From NCBI GenBank assembly GCA_965197905.1, contig CBDAOB010000003.1:768001-832000 (forward strand): DNA of 64,000 nt, read 5' to 3'. Position numbers and translations under genes: made by a program. The DNA comes from Candidatus Latescibacterota bacterium. GTDB lineage: Bacteria > Latescibacterota > UBA2968 > UBA8231. The notes under the pieces were generated by a model. It was not told the DNA's origin. It searched no databases and worked only from the letters and a program-made list of their open reading frames with translations. Within the stretch, counting starts at the first letter, position 1, and each line of letters opens with the position of its first letter. This document shows, one piece after another, positions 17,028 to 26,429 of this stretch.

Positions 17028-17897
17028 ATGAACTTGATTACCGTGACAGAGAGATTCCCGACGCAAGAATCCTGCATTGCTCATCTGGAGCGGATACGCT
17101 TCGGCGATGAGCCCTTTTGCCCCTTGTGCGGCACGGTCGGGGAATGCGCCCGCAAGAAGCAGGGGAATGTAATCGGGCGTTGGAACTGTCACGCTTGCAA
17201 ATCCAGCTTCAATGTCTTATCCCAGACCATGTTTCAAGGCACGCATCTTCCCTTGCAAAAGTGGTTCTGCGCCATCGCCCTGATCGTGAACGCCAAGAAA
17301 AGCCTGTCCAGTTGCCAGCTCGGGCGTGACTTGAACCTGAATCAGCGGTCCGCCTGGTACATGCAACAGCGCATCCGGGCTGAAATGGCTACCAAGCAGG
17401 GAAGAATCAGGTTAACTGGACTCATCGAAGCCGACGAGACCTACGTCGGCGGACGCCCCAGGAAGCGCAACAGGCGCGACGACGACAAACCCAACCTCAG
17501 AGGACGGGGAACGCGCAAGACCGCGGTTATCGGCGCTGTGGAGCGCTCAGGGAAGGTTGTGGCTCAGGTCGCCGACGATCTCTCCGCTAAGGGCGTGCTC
17601 GAGTTTATCAAACGTGCCATCAATCCTGACGCCTCGACGTTGGTCACGGACGAATATGGGGCCTACAACGTAGTGCGGCGGATCATGGATCACTGCGTGA
17701 TTCAGCATTCCAAGCGTTATGTTGATGGCACGATTCACACGAACACGATCGAAGGCGTGTGGTCTTTGCTCAAGCGGGCGTGGTATGGATCGCATCATCA
17801 CTACACGCCGCTTTACGTGGCCGAGGCTTGTTTCAAGTACAATCACCGCGACGACGACAACGCCTTCGGTTCTTTCCTACAAGGGTGCTTCAAGTAA
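17028..17897 (+). CDS. IS1595 family (ISXO2-like) transposase
   Basis: Zn ribbon CPLCG..WNCHAC, HTH region, catalytic motifs EADETYVGG, LVTDEY, HTNTIEGVWSLLKR. Confidence 0.95.
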   Translation: MNLITVTERFPTQESCIAHLERIRFGDEPFCPLCGTVGECARKKQGNVIGRWNCHACKSSFNVLSQTMFQGTHLPLQKWFCAIALIVNAKKSLSSCQLGRDLNLNQRSAWYMQQRIRAEMATKQGRIRLTGLIEADETYVGGRPRKRNRRDDDKPNLRGRGTRKTAVIGAVERSGKVVAQVADDLSAKGVLEFIKRAINPDASTLVTDEYGAYNVVRRIMDHCVIQHSKRYVDGTIHTNTIEGVWSLLKRAWYGSHHHYTPLYVAEACFKYNHRDDDNAFGSFLQGCFK

Positions 17898-17983
17898 TTG
17901 CGGATTCGCCGTTGGCCTGGCCTCGAAGTGAGGAAGCTTACGGGAATTATCGCAAACCACTTTAGGGGGAAAGGCCAAAGTCG

Positions 17984-18422
17984 TTAATAAGAGAAGGTAA
18001 AATGACCGTCACATGACACCGTTAAAACGCCTCGTTTTAAAACGTCTTGGCCTAAAAGAACTCCATACTTAGCATTTGAACCAGGATTGAAATGTATAGC
18101 TTGAACCAACATAAGTTGTAATTTTGCTCCATTCGGATCTTGTTCGTCTTCAAACGCGAATCCAACCAGAACGTTATAAGCGTTCATGGTTACAGCCCGC
18201 GTTATAAGCGTTCATGGTTACAGCCCGCTCAGAGTTTTGAATATCTACTTGCCCGATTGGTTCTAAGTTTAGAGCTTCAACAACTGACGGTGATATGCAT
18301 GTGTATGGGGCTCCAGTGTCAACTAATGCGGTGCAAGGATGGATATTATCTTCATCGACAGCTATAGCAACGTCACATGTAATGCCAACTGCCCAGTCAA
18401 ACCGAGATACTACCACGGACAT
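17984..18422 (-). pseudogene. Retropepsin-like aspartyl protease, frameshifted by a 28-bp tandem duplication
   Basis: N-half has ALVDTGAPYTCIS and C-half has VLLGQDVL. Removing one copy of the repeat at 18173-18228 joins ORFs 18174-18422 and 17984-18187 into one ~136-aa protein. Confidence 0.8.
18173..18228. repeat. 28-bp perfect tandem duplication
   Basis: GTTATAAGCGTTCATGGTTACAGCCCGC at 18173-18200 and 18201-18228. Confidence 0.95.
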
Positions 18423-18654
18423 GAGAAAAATACCCCAAATCTATAGGTCGTGAAGATACCTTTTGAATGGAAAATAATTTTCCAGGCAGGAACGTTTTTC
18501 CTGCTTCAATAGCATCCTGGCCGGTTTCAAACAAAGCCACAATTCCCCCGTTATGCATTAGAGCCGTTTTCCCATAATCGGTCTTGGACAGATTTGCAAG
18601 TTGCTCTTTGAAAGCATGGTAATTTCTCTCCACTTCTTCCTGCTGGGTTGGCAT
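18397..18654 (-). CDS. Small hypothetical protein (DUF5678-like), overlapping the protease gene
   Basis: 85 aa; NYHAFKEQL..YGKTALMHNGGIVALFET..DAIEAG resembles DUF5678-type proteins; GAGG RBS. Confidence 0.6.
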   Translation of the reverse strand: MPTQQEEVERNYHAFKEQLANLSKTDYGKTALMHNGGIVALFETGQDAIEAGKTFLPGKLFSIQKVSSRPIDLGYFSHVRGSISV

Positions 18655-18718
18655 GTGAGTACCCTCGTGGCTTTTAGTGGGTGCTACACTGAAAACCTAG
18701 TCGAATGGTGTATACGCT

Positions 18719-18747
18719 ATAATACGCGCATTTGAGCGTATTATCAA
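18719..18747 (-). promoter_or_regulatory. sigma70 promoter overlapped by a palindromic operator
   Basis: Minus strand TTGATA-17-TATTAT; inverted repeat ATAATACGC (18719-18727) / GCGTATTAT (18736-18744). Confidence 0.6.
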
Positions 18748-18759
18748 GAATTATTCAGT

Positions 18760-18984
18760 TCACCCAGTTCCCAACCCCGGGCTCTTGCCAATTTCAACAT
18801 AAAAATCTCCATCCAAATGCAAGAAGCGTTCTTCGAATTCGCTATAAGGTATGATTGTTTCTGGTTCACAAACCAACCTTAAGATTTTCGCATATCCCAA
18901 CTTCTCTTCTATTATTCCTTTGCTTGTGTCTGTTCCTCCCGTTTGATGCTCCAATAGAATAACTGTTCCAATTGGCGAAGCCAT
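18760..18984 (-). CDS. Hypothetical protein (IS passenger)
   Basis: 74-aa ORF with a strong AGGAGG RBS before ATG; no recognisable motif. Confidence 0.55.
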   Translation of the reverse strand: MASPIGTVILLEHQTGGTDTSKGIIEEKLGYAKILRLVCEPETIIPYSEFEERFLHLDGDFYVEIGKSPGLGTG

Positions 18985-19024
18985 GATACCTCCTTCTAAA
19001 AGTTGGGTAGTATCCTAATAACCG

Positions 19025-19078
19025 AATGTCAAGATTGTCGCCAGTCCAAATTGTTCTATTTTTGAAGTTGGGTTCCAT
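19025..19078 (-). pseudogene. 5' remnant of a DNA methyltransferase (N6/N4 type)
   Basis: MEPNFKNRTIWTGDNLDI matches the usual 'GDNL' N-terminus of beta-class MTases. Similarity stops before DLIYLDPPF. Confidence 0.55.
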
Positions 19079-19095
19079 TGCGCGTTGACAAGGGG

Positions 19096-19124
19096 AATGT
19101 ATTGAAGTTACTTCGCGAGGGCAA
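19096..19124 (-). promoter_or_regulatory. Inward-facing sigma70 promoter overlapping the right IR, driving the cargo
   Basis: Minus strand TTGCCC-17-TACATT. Confidence 0.5.
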
Positions 19125-19144
19125 GTCTTAAAATGCTAATTGCG
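19122..19144 (-). repeat. Right terminal inverted repeat of IS
   Basis: CAAGTCTTAAAATGCTAATTGCG. Confidence 0.95.
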
Positions 19145-19214
19145 TATTTTTATCGGTCGGGCTCGGGTGCAAGCGGGAGGCCTCCTGGTTTTTGTTCTCG
19201 TCCGCACACGCTTG

Positions 19215-21203
19215 TCACTTGGGCCATCCGTGAACGTAATGCCCGGCCGCGGGAAACCAGACGTAATCGACCGCGGTTGACAGTATTACCCCCAGCACGT
19301 AGGCGATCCCCAATCCATAGAAGAAGGGTTTTCCTGCCAGGTAGGCACGAACTCCGCCGTAGTGCAGCAGGGTCAGTTTGATGAGCCAGATCACGAAGAT
19401 ATTAGCCCCGTACCACCAGGTGGCATGGGTGGACTGGAAGATCAGACCAATGGGATGGATCGGAAACCAGTGAAACCGGGCGCGCAGGAAGGTGATGGAT
19501 GCGGCCTCGAAAAAGCCGCTCCACCAGATGGCCCACTTGCCCCAGTGGGGCGCGATCGGATTATCGAGCAGGTGGACGATCCCGTCGTAGAAGAACACAG
19601 GGCTGGCGCTGCCGGCCGTACCGTCCGCATAGGAAAGCTCGATGACCCCCCACACGGCCACGCCAAAGCCGACCACAAACGAGATGAAGACGGCGGACGT
19701 GGCCCGCGCGGGCCGGAGCCTGAAGGAAAAGATCCGCAGATGGTGGGCGATCGCCGGCCACGCCGGAATGCAGAATCCTCCAAAAAAAGCGTAGCTGGTG
19801 AACATCTTGTACGGCACCAGCTTCTCGGCCGACACGTAGACCGAGCCGATCAGCTCCATGGAGAACGATTCTCCCTTCAGATAGGACCGGTTGGGATAGA
19901 CGTAGGCGATGCCGCTGGCGGCCACCAGCTTTACAGTGACAAAGTACACCATGCTCATCAGCGCAAAGGTCCCAATTGCCATGAGCGGGCTCACCCCCAG
20001 ATGCATGGCCCACGCGATGACATAAACCGCCGCCAGCACCATTCCGGCCACGGCCAGTCGATAAGCTCGCACTTCGCGGGGATCGCCCTCGCCGCTCCGC
20101 ACCTGGCGCCACACCTGCCGCAGGTAGCTGCGGGCGATCCAGATCGACCACAGCCCCACGAAGACCATGGCCCCGTTGCTCTCGGTGTGAAGGATCATCT
20201 GACGGTCGAGAAACTTCCATCCGGAGAAGTCCAGGCTCGGAGTGCCCAAGTGCTTCATCAGACCCAGCTTGATAGTGGCGATCCAGTGGAAGAGCACCAT
20301 GCTGCCGAGGATGTCCACCGGGCACAGGTAGATGACCATCAGCATCAGCGGCATCAGGCGGATATATCCCACAAAGAGACCGTCGCCGAAATTGTAGACA
20401 TAGTGGGTCCAGAATAGGTCGAACGACGGCAGCCCCGGGGTGAAATAGGTGCCGATGTTATAGAGCTGGGGCAGAAACACCACGCCGCAACCGATCCAGA
20501 AGAGCCGCTTGTAGAAGATCTCCGGGAAGCGGCGCTTGCCGTCGAACCCATCGGTCATGTCCGCCGGCAGCTGTGCCAGCGGATAGGTGAGTTTTTCGGC
20601 GTCCTGCCATTGGCGCTGGAAAACCACCAGAAGACAGTAGCCGAACGCCACCATGGCTACCGAGAGTCCCATCCAGTTTGCGATTGGTCCCAGCCAGCCG
20701 TCCCAGGGAATGGCCATACCCTCGGGCAAGCCGTACCAGAAATAGTCGATCACCCGCGAGGTCGTGGGGGGCAGGACGTGCCAGGGCAGGTAGTCGAAGA
20801 AGCTCTCGGCCCAGCGGTTTTCAGCGTCGGCAAAATGGGCCGGGGTCGCCAGGATCGAGGCCAGGGACGGGATCCACACCGGGATAGCGGCCACCACCCA
20901 GGTCATGGAGAAGAGGGTCAGCATTTCACCCCGGCGCAGTGCCAGGCGCGGCCAAACGAGCTTGAGTGCCACGTTGGCTACGAGCCAGAGTACGAAGGGC
21001 ATGAACGCCGCGATGGGGTACTGCGACTGAACGTACCGACCCGAACCCTGGCGTTGGGCGATCAGAATGATGTAGTAGAACATCGCCGCAATGGTCAACA
21101 CGCCCAGGACCACCGCGCGGACGGTAATCAGGGGCGGGTCCGACCGAGCGGGCCCCTTTATGTCTTCCGAAGTCGCCAACGCTGGCAGTCGCCTTCGAAC
21201 CAT
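19215..21203 (-). CDS. Polytopic membrane protein, DUF6785/DUF6784-like (putative transporter)
   Basis: Many hydrophobic segments; RQWQDAEKLTYPLAQLP, WFPIHPIG, GGVRAY..KPFFYGL motifs. Confidence 0.75.
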   Translation of the reverse strand: MVRRRLPALATSEDIKGPARSDPPLITVRAVVLGVLTIAAMFYYIILIAQRQGSGRYVQSQYPIAAFMPFVLWLVANVALKLVWPRLALRRGEMLTLFSMTWVVAAIPVWIPSLASILATPAHFADAENRWAESFFDYLPWHVLPPTTSRVIDYFWYGLPEGMAIPWDGWLGPIANWMGLSVAMVAFGYCLLVVFQRQWQDAEKLTYPLAQLPADMTDGFDGKRRFPEIFYKRLFWIGCGVVFLPQLYNIGTYFTPGLPSFDLFWTHYVYNFGDGLFVGYIRLMPLMLMVIYLCPVDILGSMVLFHWIATIKLGLMKHLGTPSLDFSGWKFLDRQMILHTESNGAMVFVGLWSIWIARSYLRQVWRQVRSGEGDPREVRAYRLAVAGMVLAAVYVIAWAMHLGVSPLMAIGTFALMSMVYFVTVKLVAASGIAYVYPNRSYLKGESFSMELIGSVYVSAEKLVPYKMFTSYAFFGGFCIPAWPAIAHHLRIFSFRLRPARATSAVFISFVVGFGVAVWGVIELSYADGTAGSASPVFFYDGIVHLLDNPIAPHWGKWAIWWSGFFEAASITFLRARFHWFPIHPIGLIFQSTHATWWYGANIFVIWLIKLTLLHYGGVRAYLAGKPFFYGLGIAYVLGVILSTAVDYVWFPAAGHYVHGWPK

Positions 21204-21279
21204 GACGCGTAACTCAAGTCTGATTGCCTCGGTCTGTACCTACTTGAAAGCCGGCATCTTGCCAACTATACTCGCGTTC

Positions 21280-22368
21280 ATGGCGATGCTACTCTCTGTA
21301 GTGATGATATGCTGCTTCCTGGGTTTTGCTCAATGCTCCAATGAGTCGAACCAAACCTTCGACACCGGCGAGGGCCCACGCTTCGATCTCAAAACAGCCG
21401 CGGCGTACTACGAACTCGGCACCAGGCTCCACTCGCAGGGCGACATTGCCGGCGCCATGCGAACCTTCCAGCAGGCCGTTCGTATGGATCCGGAGTACGC
21501 CCCTGGCTACTATGGAGTGGCTACGATCTTCTACAGCGGTCGCGAGTTCGATCGCGCCATCGAGGCGTATCGCCAGACCATAAGCGTCGACCCCACCCAC
21601 ATCAATGCCCATTACAACCTGGGGCACTCCCTCAAGAAAATGGGTGACCTGGATGGCGCCAAATGGGCCTTTCGCCAGACCATTCGCCTGGATCCGAAAT
21701 TCACCCGCGCGCGCAACAGTCTGGGTAAAATTTTCCTCGAACAGGGCCACGAGGACAGCGCCGCGCGTGAATTCCGGGAAGGGCTCCGCTACGACCCCGA
21801 TAATGCCAGCCTCCACACCAACCTGGGTGTTGCGCTTTGGACGGATCGCGATCTGGACGGCGCGGTGGAGGTGCTGGGTACGGCCATTCGCCTCGATCCC
21901 AACCAGGGCAGAGCCCACTACGTGCTGGGCAACATCCTGAAAGAGCAGCACGACCCGGACGGGGCTATTGAGCATTACCGTGCAGCCATCCGGCTAGCCC
22001 CGGAGTACTCCGCCAATGCCCACTACCACCTCGCTCTGGTACTCATAAAGAAGGGGGAGGTGGACGAGGCAATCCGTAACTTCCGCCACGTTGTGCGGCT
22101 CGATCCCGGCCACAGCCGCGCCTACAACAACTTGGCCGCAACCCTTTACCAGCAGGGGAACAGCAAGGCGGCAGCCCGCGAGTACCGACAAGCCATCCGC
22201 ATCAAGCCCGATTTCGCCGGTGCCCGTCTTGGTCTGGCGACCATCCTCATGGAGCAGGGACAGAGGGCCGGTGCCATAGAACAGTACCGCGAAATCGTTC
22301 GCACAGGCGACGACCAACACCTGCAGGACATGAGCGCAAAGATCCTCCGCTCCCTGGGCGAGCGGTGA
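21280..22368 (+). CDS. Tetratricopeptide repeat protein
   Basis: About nine 34-aa repeats (A..NLG..L...GD.DGA...FRQ.IRLDP) after an N-terminal hydrophobic segment. Start uncertain. Confidence 0.9.
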   Translation: MAMLLSVVMICCFLGFAQCSNESNQTFDTGEGPRFDLKTAAAYYELGTRLHSQGDIAGAMRTFQQAVRMDPEYAPGYYGVATIFYSGREFDRAIEAYRQTISVDPTHINAHYNLGHSLKKMGDLDGAKWAFRQTIRLDPKFTRARNSLGKIFLEQGHEDSAAREFREGLRYDPDNASLHTNLGVALWTDRDLDGAVEVLGTAIRLDPNQGRAHYVLGNILKEQHDPDGAIEHYRAAIRLAPEYSANAHYHLALVLIKKGEVDEAIRNFRHVVRLDPGHSRAYNNLAATLYQQGNSKAAAREYRQAIRIKPDFAGARLGLATILMEQGQRAGAIEQYREIVRTGDDQHLQDMSAKILRSLGER

Positions 22369-22392
22369 GTAACCTGGACCGTCAGACCCACG

Positions 22393-25362
22393 CTAAGGCA
22401 GAGCGCCGAAACTGGGAAAACCTATGAGCGCTCTAACAAAGATCGACATGCCATTCAGCCCCTCGGTTCGCCGCGGGCGATCGTCGAAATTCGTCTCGTC
22501 GCGAACAAAACCGATTATCGTCGTTAGATCGTAGCCGAAATAGCGCGACCGGTTGGCCAGGGTGATGATGGTGGTTCGTCGGTCATAACTAGAGGATGGG
22601 TGCGCACGGTCCTCCAAGCGATACGGCAATGGTCCAATGCCCTGTATTCCTGCACCCAGGGTGGTGCGGGCCAGCAGTGGATAGCTCAGCTGCACGATCG
22701 GGATCGTCTCGAACTCCCAGCGAATGGTCAGGTCCCGCTGTTGGTCGACGAAGCGCAGGAGCTGAAATTTGAATTTCGGCTGTACGCTCAACGCCCCGAG
22801 ATTCCATGTGTAATCCACCCGGCTGACCGTGGTCCAGTGATCCAGCCGGCTATCTCGCTGGAAGAGTCCTCCGTGCAGGTGCCCGCCCTGCTGCCAGTTG
22901 ACCCGCAGGCGTAGCTTTTGCACTACATTGAAAGTCGACAAGGGCCGCAGTCTTCCTTCGAGGTAGGTCTCGTTGACAAAACTGTCCTTGTAGAGCAGCG
23001 GATCCGCCCGCTGCCGGCCCGGAAACACTGGAAAATCGAGGATACCGCCACCGCGTAGGTATTGGGAGTGCTGGGTTTGAGTAAAATCGCGTCGCTCCAC
23101 AATCGAGTTGTATGCATCGGGGATATCGTCCTGGACCCGGCGAAAGTGGTTCTCGAAAAACAGCCGACGGACGCGATCGAGCCCGTCCCTGCGGTAGGTC
23201 AGAATCGCGTAGGTGGATTTGTAGCGCCCCGCACCGGCGATCTCCTCCACATCATGGCGCCCGACGGTCGCGGACCAGCGACGGCTTAAATCCATCTGTC
23301 CAAAGAGATGAAATCCGCGCTGGTCCGGGTCATACGGATAGTCGGGGTCCAGGTCGTCTTCGCGGTGATCGGGCTCGTCGTTGTTGTTGCGATCCAGGCC
23401 GTAGACGTACTCGTTCGGCTCTACATCGTACATCAGAAACGGTTCGTCGTAGTCCGGTTCCAGGTTGTGGTTGCGGTTGGTATCGGGAAAACCGTCGCCG
23501 TCCTCATCCTGGCTCAGATAGACCCCGTCCGGATCGACGCCGCGCGTGTCGTATATGGAGGAGGTTAGGAATTTGCCGATCCTCTTGTCGGGAAACGCGT
23601 CGCCGTCCTCATTGTCCTGTACCAGATCCCAGTAGATCGTGTTGTTGACCACGCCATTTATGGGGCTGAAGGGATGTAAGTCCCCGCCATCCGGCCGCAG
23701 GAAATTGCGCATCGAGGTCCTGTAGTCCGGATTCATGGAGAAGTACTCGCCGCCCAGCCGCCAGCGCCCGAACCAGCGCGTCGCATTGACGAAGTAGGCC
23801 GAGCCGCGATCGGCGAAGCGCGGACTCTCATCGAACAGGGGTTCCCCTGATCTCCGCGCCGGATAGCGGGCGTAGAGGGCCGAACGCGCGTACTCGCCGT
23901 TGATCTCCAGACCGGCCAGTCGCAGGTTCACATCCGTGCTGTAGGTAAAGATCGCCGTGTTCTCCCCCACCCTGAAGCGCACTGACTTCAGGTTCGACAT
24001 ATCCTGAACATTTCCTTCGGCGCGTCCGACGGTGCCATAGAAGGTGCTCTTGAATCGCTTCACATAGTCAGTGGAGCTCGGATTCAACGTGTACAGAGTC
24101 GCCACCTCCACTCGGTAATCGTTGCCCACCAAAGCCTCCACCTCTACCTCTGCGACGTGGGGTTCCCTTGAAACGTCGAACAGGTAGACCAGTTGTTCGT
24201 CTCCGTTAGCTCGCAAAACCTCGTCGGGCGATTCCAGTGCAAGATTGGCCACCAGTCCCTCGAGATTCGTCTGGCCGCTGACATCGATCCCGTTGGCGTG
24301 ATCCAGGCGGTAGAGATAGTCGGCAAACACTGGAATCTCGTCCCGACCCCGGAAAAAGAGAGGTTGTGGTATTACGCCGCCACCCGCATAACCATAGTTG
24401 ACCGCTTCGTACCCATTCGCGCTAAATGCTCCTGTAATCCGTGAGAGCCTTCCCACCTGGGATTGCACGTTGGCGATATGGCGTATGACTACGGCCTTGA
24501 TATCCGGCCGCGCCTGACCATCGACCACCAGCTGCACCTGCTGCACTACGGCACCACCCCTGCCATCCGCAGGCGAGTCGTCCGCAAAGCGCACCAGGAT
24601 CCAGTCGATCAAAGGCTGGTTGGGCCGCAGCCGGCCCTTGAGACCGTTGCCCGGCTGCGTGCTATTGTACACATGCAGGTTCACCCCGTTGAGACCCACG
24701 CGCAACCGACCGACTTCAGCCTGCAAGCGACCGCCTAGGAGCAGACTGGAATCCTCGGCGAACTGGCTTTGCTCGCGTTGCCACGGAGCTCTCGCCGAGG
24801 TGCCGGTTGGTAAAATGAAGTGGGGCCTCTCGATACGGGATGCCAGGGCGGTGAACTTTAGATAGGGAACGGCCCCATCCAGCCGGATCCCGCTGAAATC
24901 GGTCATCGACAGGGTCAGAGGCGTAAAGCGCGCCGTGAGCGCATCCCCTACCACTAGACTGTAGTTCCAACTACCGTACCCGTCACCCCCTACTACAACG
25001 GACCCGAACAAGTCGCTCCAGGAAAGCTCTTCTTTGAAGGTTTGGCTGCCATAGACTTGACTGTGCCTGCGGCGCTCAAGCCAATTGTACAGGTCGTATC
25101 CCGTGGTGAGATAGTCCCCGGTATGGCCGTAGAAGGACTTCGGAGTATCTTCGTAGGGAGACGCGTGGTTTGGGTAGTTTTCGAACGGATGAAACGCGTA
25201 GTTGCGGTAGGACGGCAAGTTCTGCCGCAGAAAGGTCCGTGGCGGATCAATTCCACGTAAGGATAAACGCGGCCGCTCCTCTGCGCTGCTCTCTGATGCG
25301 ACGATCCAGGTTGCGAGCAGGAAGAGGCATCCAACAACCGTGCGGACCGGGGAAAATACCAT
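22393..25362 (-). CDS. Large secreted/outer-membrane hypothetical protein with an acidic DxDxDG-type Ca-binding cluster
   Basis: Signal peptide; DNEDGDAFPD, DEDGDGFPDTNRN, DRNNNDEPDHREDD; C-terminal amphipathic beta-strand pattern. Confidence 0.7.
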   Translation of the reverse strand: MVFSPVRTVVGCLFLLATWIVASESSAEERPRLSLRGIDPPRTFLRQNLPSYRNYAFHPFENYPNHASPYEDTPKSFYGHTGDYLTTGYDLYNWLERRRHSQVYGSQTFKEELSWSDLFGSVVVGGDGYGSWNYSLVVGDALTARFTPLTLSMTDFSGIRLDGAVPYLKFTALASRIERPHFILPTGTSARAPWQREQSQFAEDSSLLLGGRLQAEVGRLRVGLNGVNLHVYNSTQPGNGLKGRLRPNQPLIDWILVRFADDSPADGRGGAVVQQVQLVVDGQARPDIKAVVIRHIANVQSQVGRLSRITGAFSANGYEAVNYGYAGGGVIPQPLFFRGRDEIPVFADYLYRLDHANGIDVSGQTNLEGLVANLALESPDEVLRANGDEQLVYLFDVSREPHVAEVEVEALVGNDYRVEVATLYTLNPSSTDYVKRFKSTFYGTVGRAEGNVQDMSNLKSVRFRVGENTAIFTYSTDVNLRLAGLEINGEYARSALYARYPARRSGEPLFDESPRFADRGSAYFVNATRWFGRWRLGGEYFSMNPDYRTSMRNFLRPDGGDLHPFSPINGVVNNTIYWDLVQDNEDGDAFPDKRIGKFLTSSIYDTRGVDPDGVYLSQDEDGDGFPDTNRNHNLEPDYDEPFLMYDVEPNEYVYGLDRNNNDEPDHREDDLDPDYPYDPDQRGFHLFGQMDLSRRWSATVGRHDVEEIAGAGRYKSTYAILTYRRDGLDRVRRLFFENHFRRVQDDIPDAYNSIVERRDFTQTQHSQYLRGGGILDFPVFPGRQRADPLLYKDSFVNETYLEGRLRPLSTFNVVQKLRLRVNWQQGGHLHGGLFQRDSRLDHWTTVSRVDYTWNLGALSVQPKFKFQLLRFVDQQRDLTIRWEFETIPIVQLSYPLLARTTLGAGIQGIGPLPYRLEDRAHPSSSYDRRTTIITLANRSRYFGYDLTTIIGFVRDETNFDDRPRRTEGLNGMSIFVRALIGFPSFGALP

Positions 25363-25401
25363 AAACCCAATCCTCTACAAGCGAAACTTCAGTTGCTGGC
25401 G

Positions 25402-25430
25402 AATGTAAGTTCTCCAGAAAACTAATGCAA
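25402..25430 (-). promoter_or_regulatory. Putative sigma70 promoter of the 989-aa gene
   Basis: Minus strand TTGCAT-17-TACATT, 40 bp upstream of ATG 25362. Confidence 0.45.
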
Positions 25431-25465
25431 TTTCCCGGACGTGTACATCATACTGAGGAGGACTC

Positions 25466-26272
25466 ATGTTGACTTCAGATCAAGTTGAAATCTACAAGGA
25501 GCAAGGATACCTCATCTACGACCAACCCGTGTTTTCACACGACAAGTTCACGGCGCTCAAGAAGCATTGCGAATCTCGCATGGCGGCATGGAGTGAGGCC
25601 CTTGGCAGACCGCTCGAATCAATCGATCGCTCCCACTTCATCGATCCGAAGTTGAATGAGTGGCTCCTGGCCGATGCAGTGCTCGATCTTGTCGAGCCGA
25701 TTATCGGTCCGGACATCGCCCTCTTTGCCAGCTCCTTCATGATCAAGTCCGCGACTGTCGTCAAGAGAGCTCCCTGGCACGAAGATGCGTCGTATTGGGG
25801 CAAGCTGGCGGATCCCGTCGAAGCGTGTACAATATGGCTCGCCATCGACCCTTCTGTGGTCGAAAACGGCTGCATGCGCGTCATCCCCGGTTCGCATCTC
25901 GAACCGAACCGCGAGCACGTCTACTTGAGCGATGCCAGTCAGTCTTTCCTGAGCAGGGAGGCTAAGCCGGATACCTTCGATGAATCGAAAGCCGTCGATT
26001 GCATTCTCGAGCCCAACACCTGCTCACTGCACGATGCCTATTTGATACACGGCTCGAACACCAATACGGGCACCATACGCCGTTGTGGATTTCAGATGCG
26101 CTACATGCCGACAACGGTCAAGGCGAAAGATTACAAAGGGCACCAGATGTACCTGGCTCGCGGCAAAGATCACGCCGGCAACGACTACGGCGATCCGACG
26201 AAGGTCAACGAGCAATGGCTCGTAGAGAATCCTGAGCACATGATGGCCCGTATCAGTCAGGAGATCAGCTGA
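25466..26272 (+). CDS. Phytanoyl-CoA dioxygenase (PhyH) family protein
   Basis: PWHEDASYW, ENGCMRVIPGSH, HGSNTN..RR. Confidence 0.9.
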   Translation: MLTSDQVEIYKEQGYLIYDQPVFSHDKFTALKKHCESRMAAWSEALGRPLESIDRSHFIDPKLNEWLLADAVLDLVEPIIGPDIALFASSFMIKSATVVKRAPWHEDASYWGKLADPVEACTIWLAIDPSVVENGCMRVIPGSHLEPNREHVYLSDASQSFLSREAKPDTFDESKAVDCILEPNTCSLHDAYLIHGSNTNTGTIRRCGFQMRYMPTTVKAKDYKGHQMYLARGKDHAGNDYGDPTKVNEQWLVENPEHMMARISQEIS

Positions 26273-26429
26273 AGGGTGTAGAGGGCGCTGTCTCGGCCCT
26301 CCTCATTGCGCTATATTCTGGGAGATTTCGGAAATTTTGTCCTCGATTGAGGGGTAGTTGAGGGACAGACGAAAGGCGACTCCGTAGTCCAGTAGTCGTA
26401 ACCTCCTTATTTAACAAGGGGATAAGCAA

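Larger units (their letters stand above)
16944..19144 (+). mobile_element. IS1595-family transporter IS (2201 bp) with passenger genes
   Basis: Perfect 23-bp terminal inverted repeats CGCAATTAGCATTTTAAGACTTG (16944-16966; reverse complement at 19122-19144). Flanked by an 8-bp direct repeat TATTTTTA (16936-16943, 19145-19152). Encodes an IS1595 transposase; cargo is AT-rich. Confidence 0.95.

Noticed and set aside
21091..21279. N-terminal extension of the TPR ORF
   Set aside because: It overlaps the start of the divergent membrane-protein gene; the signal-like segment begins near 21280.
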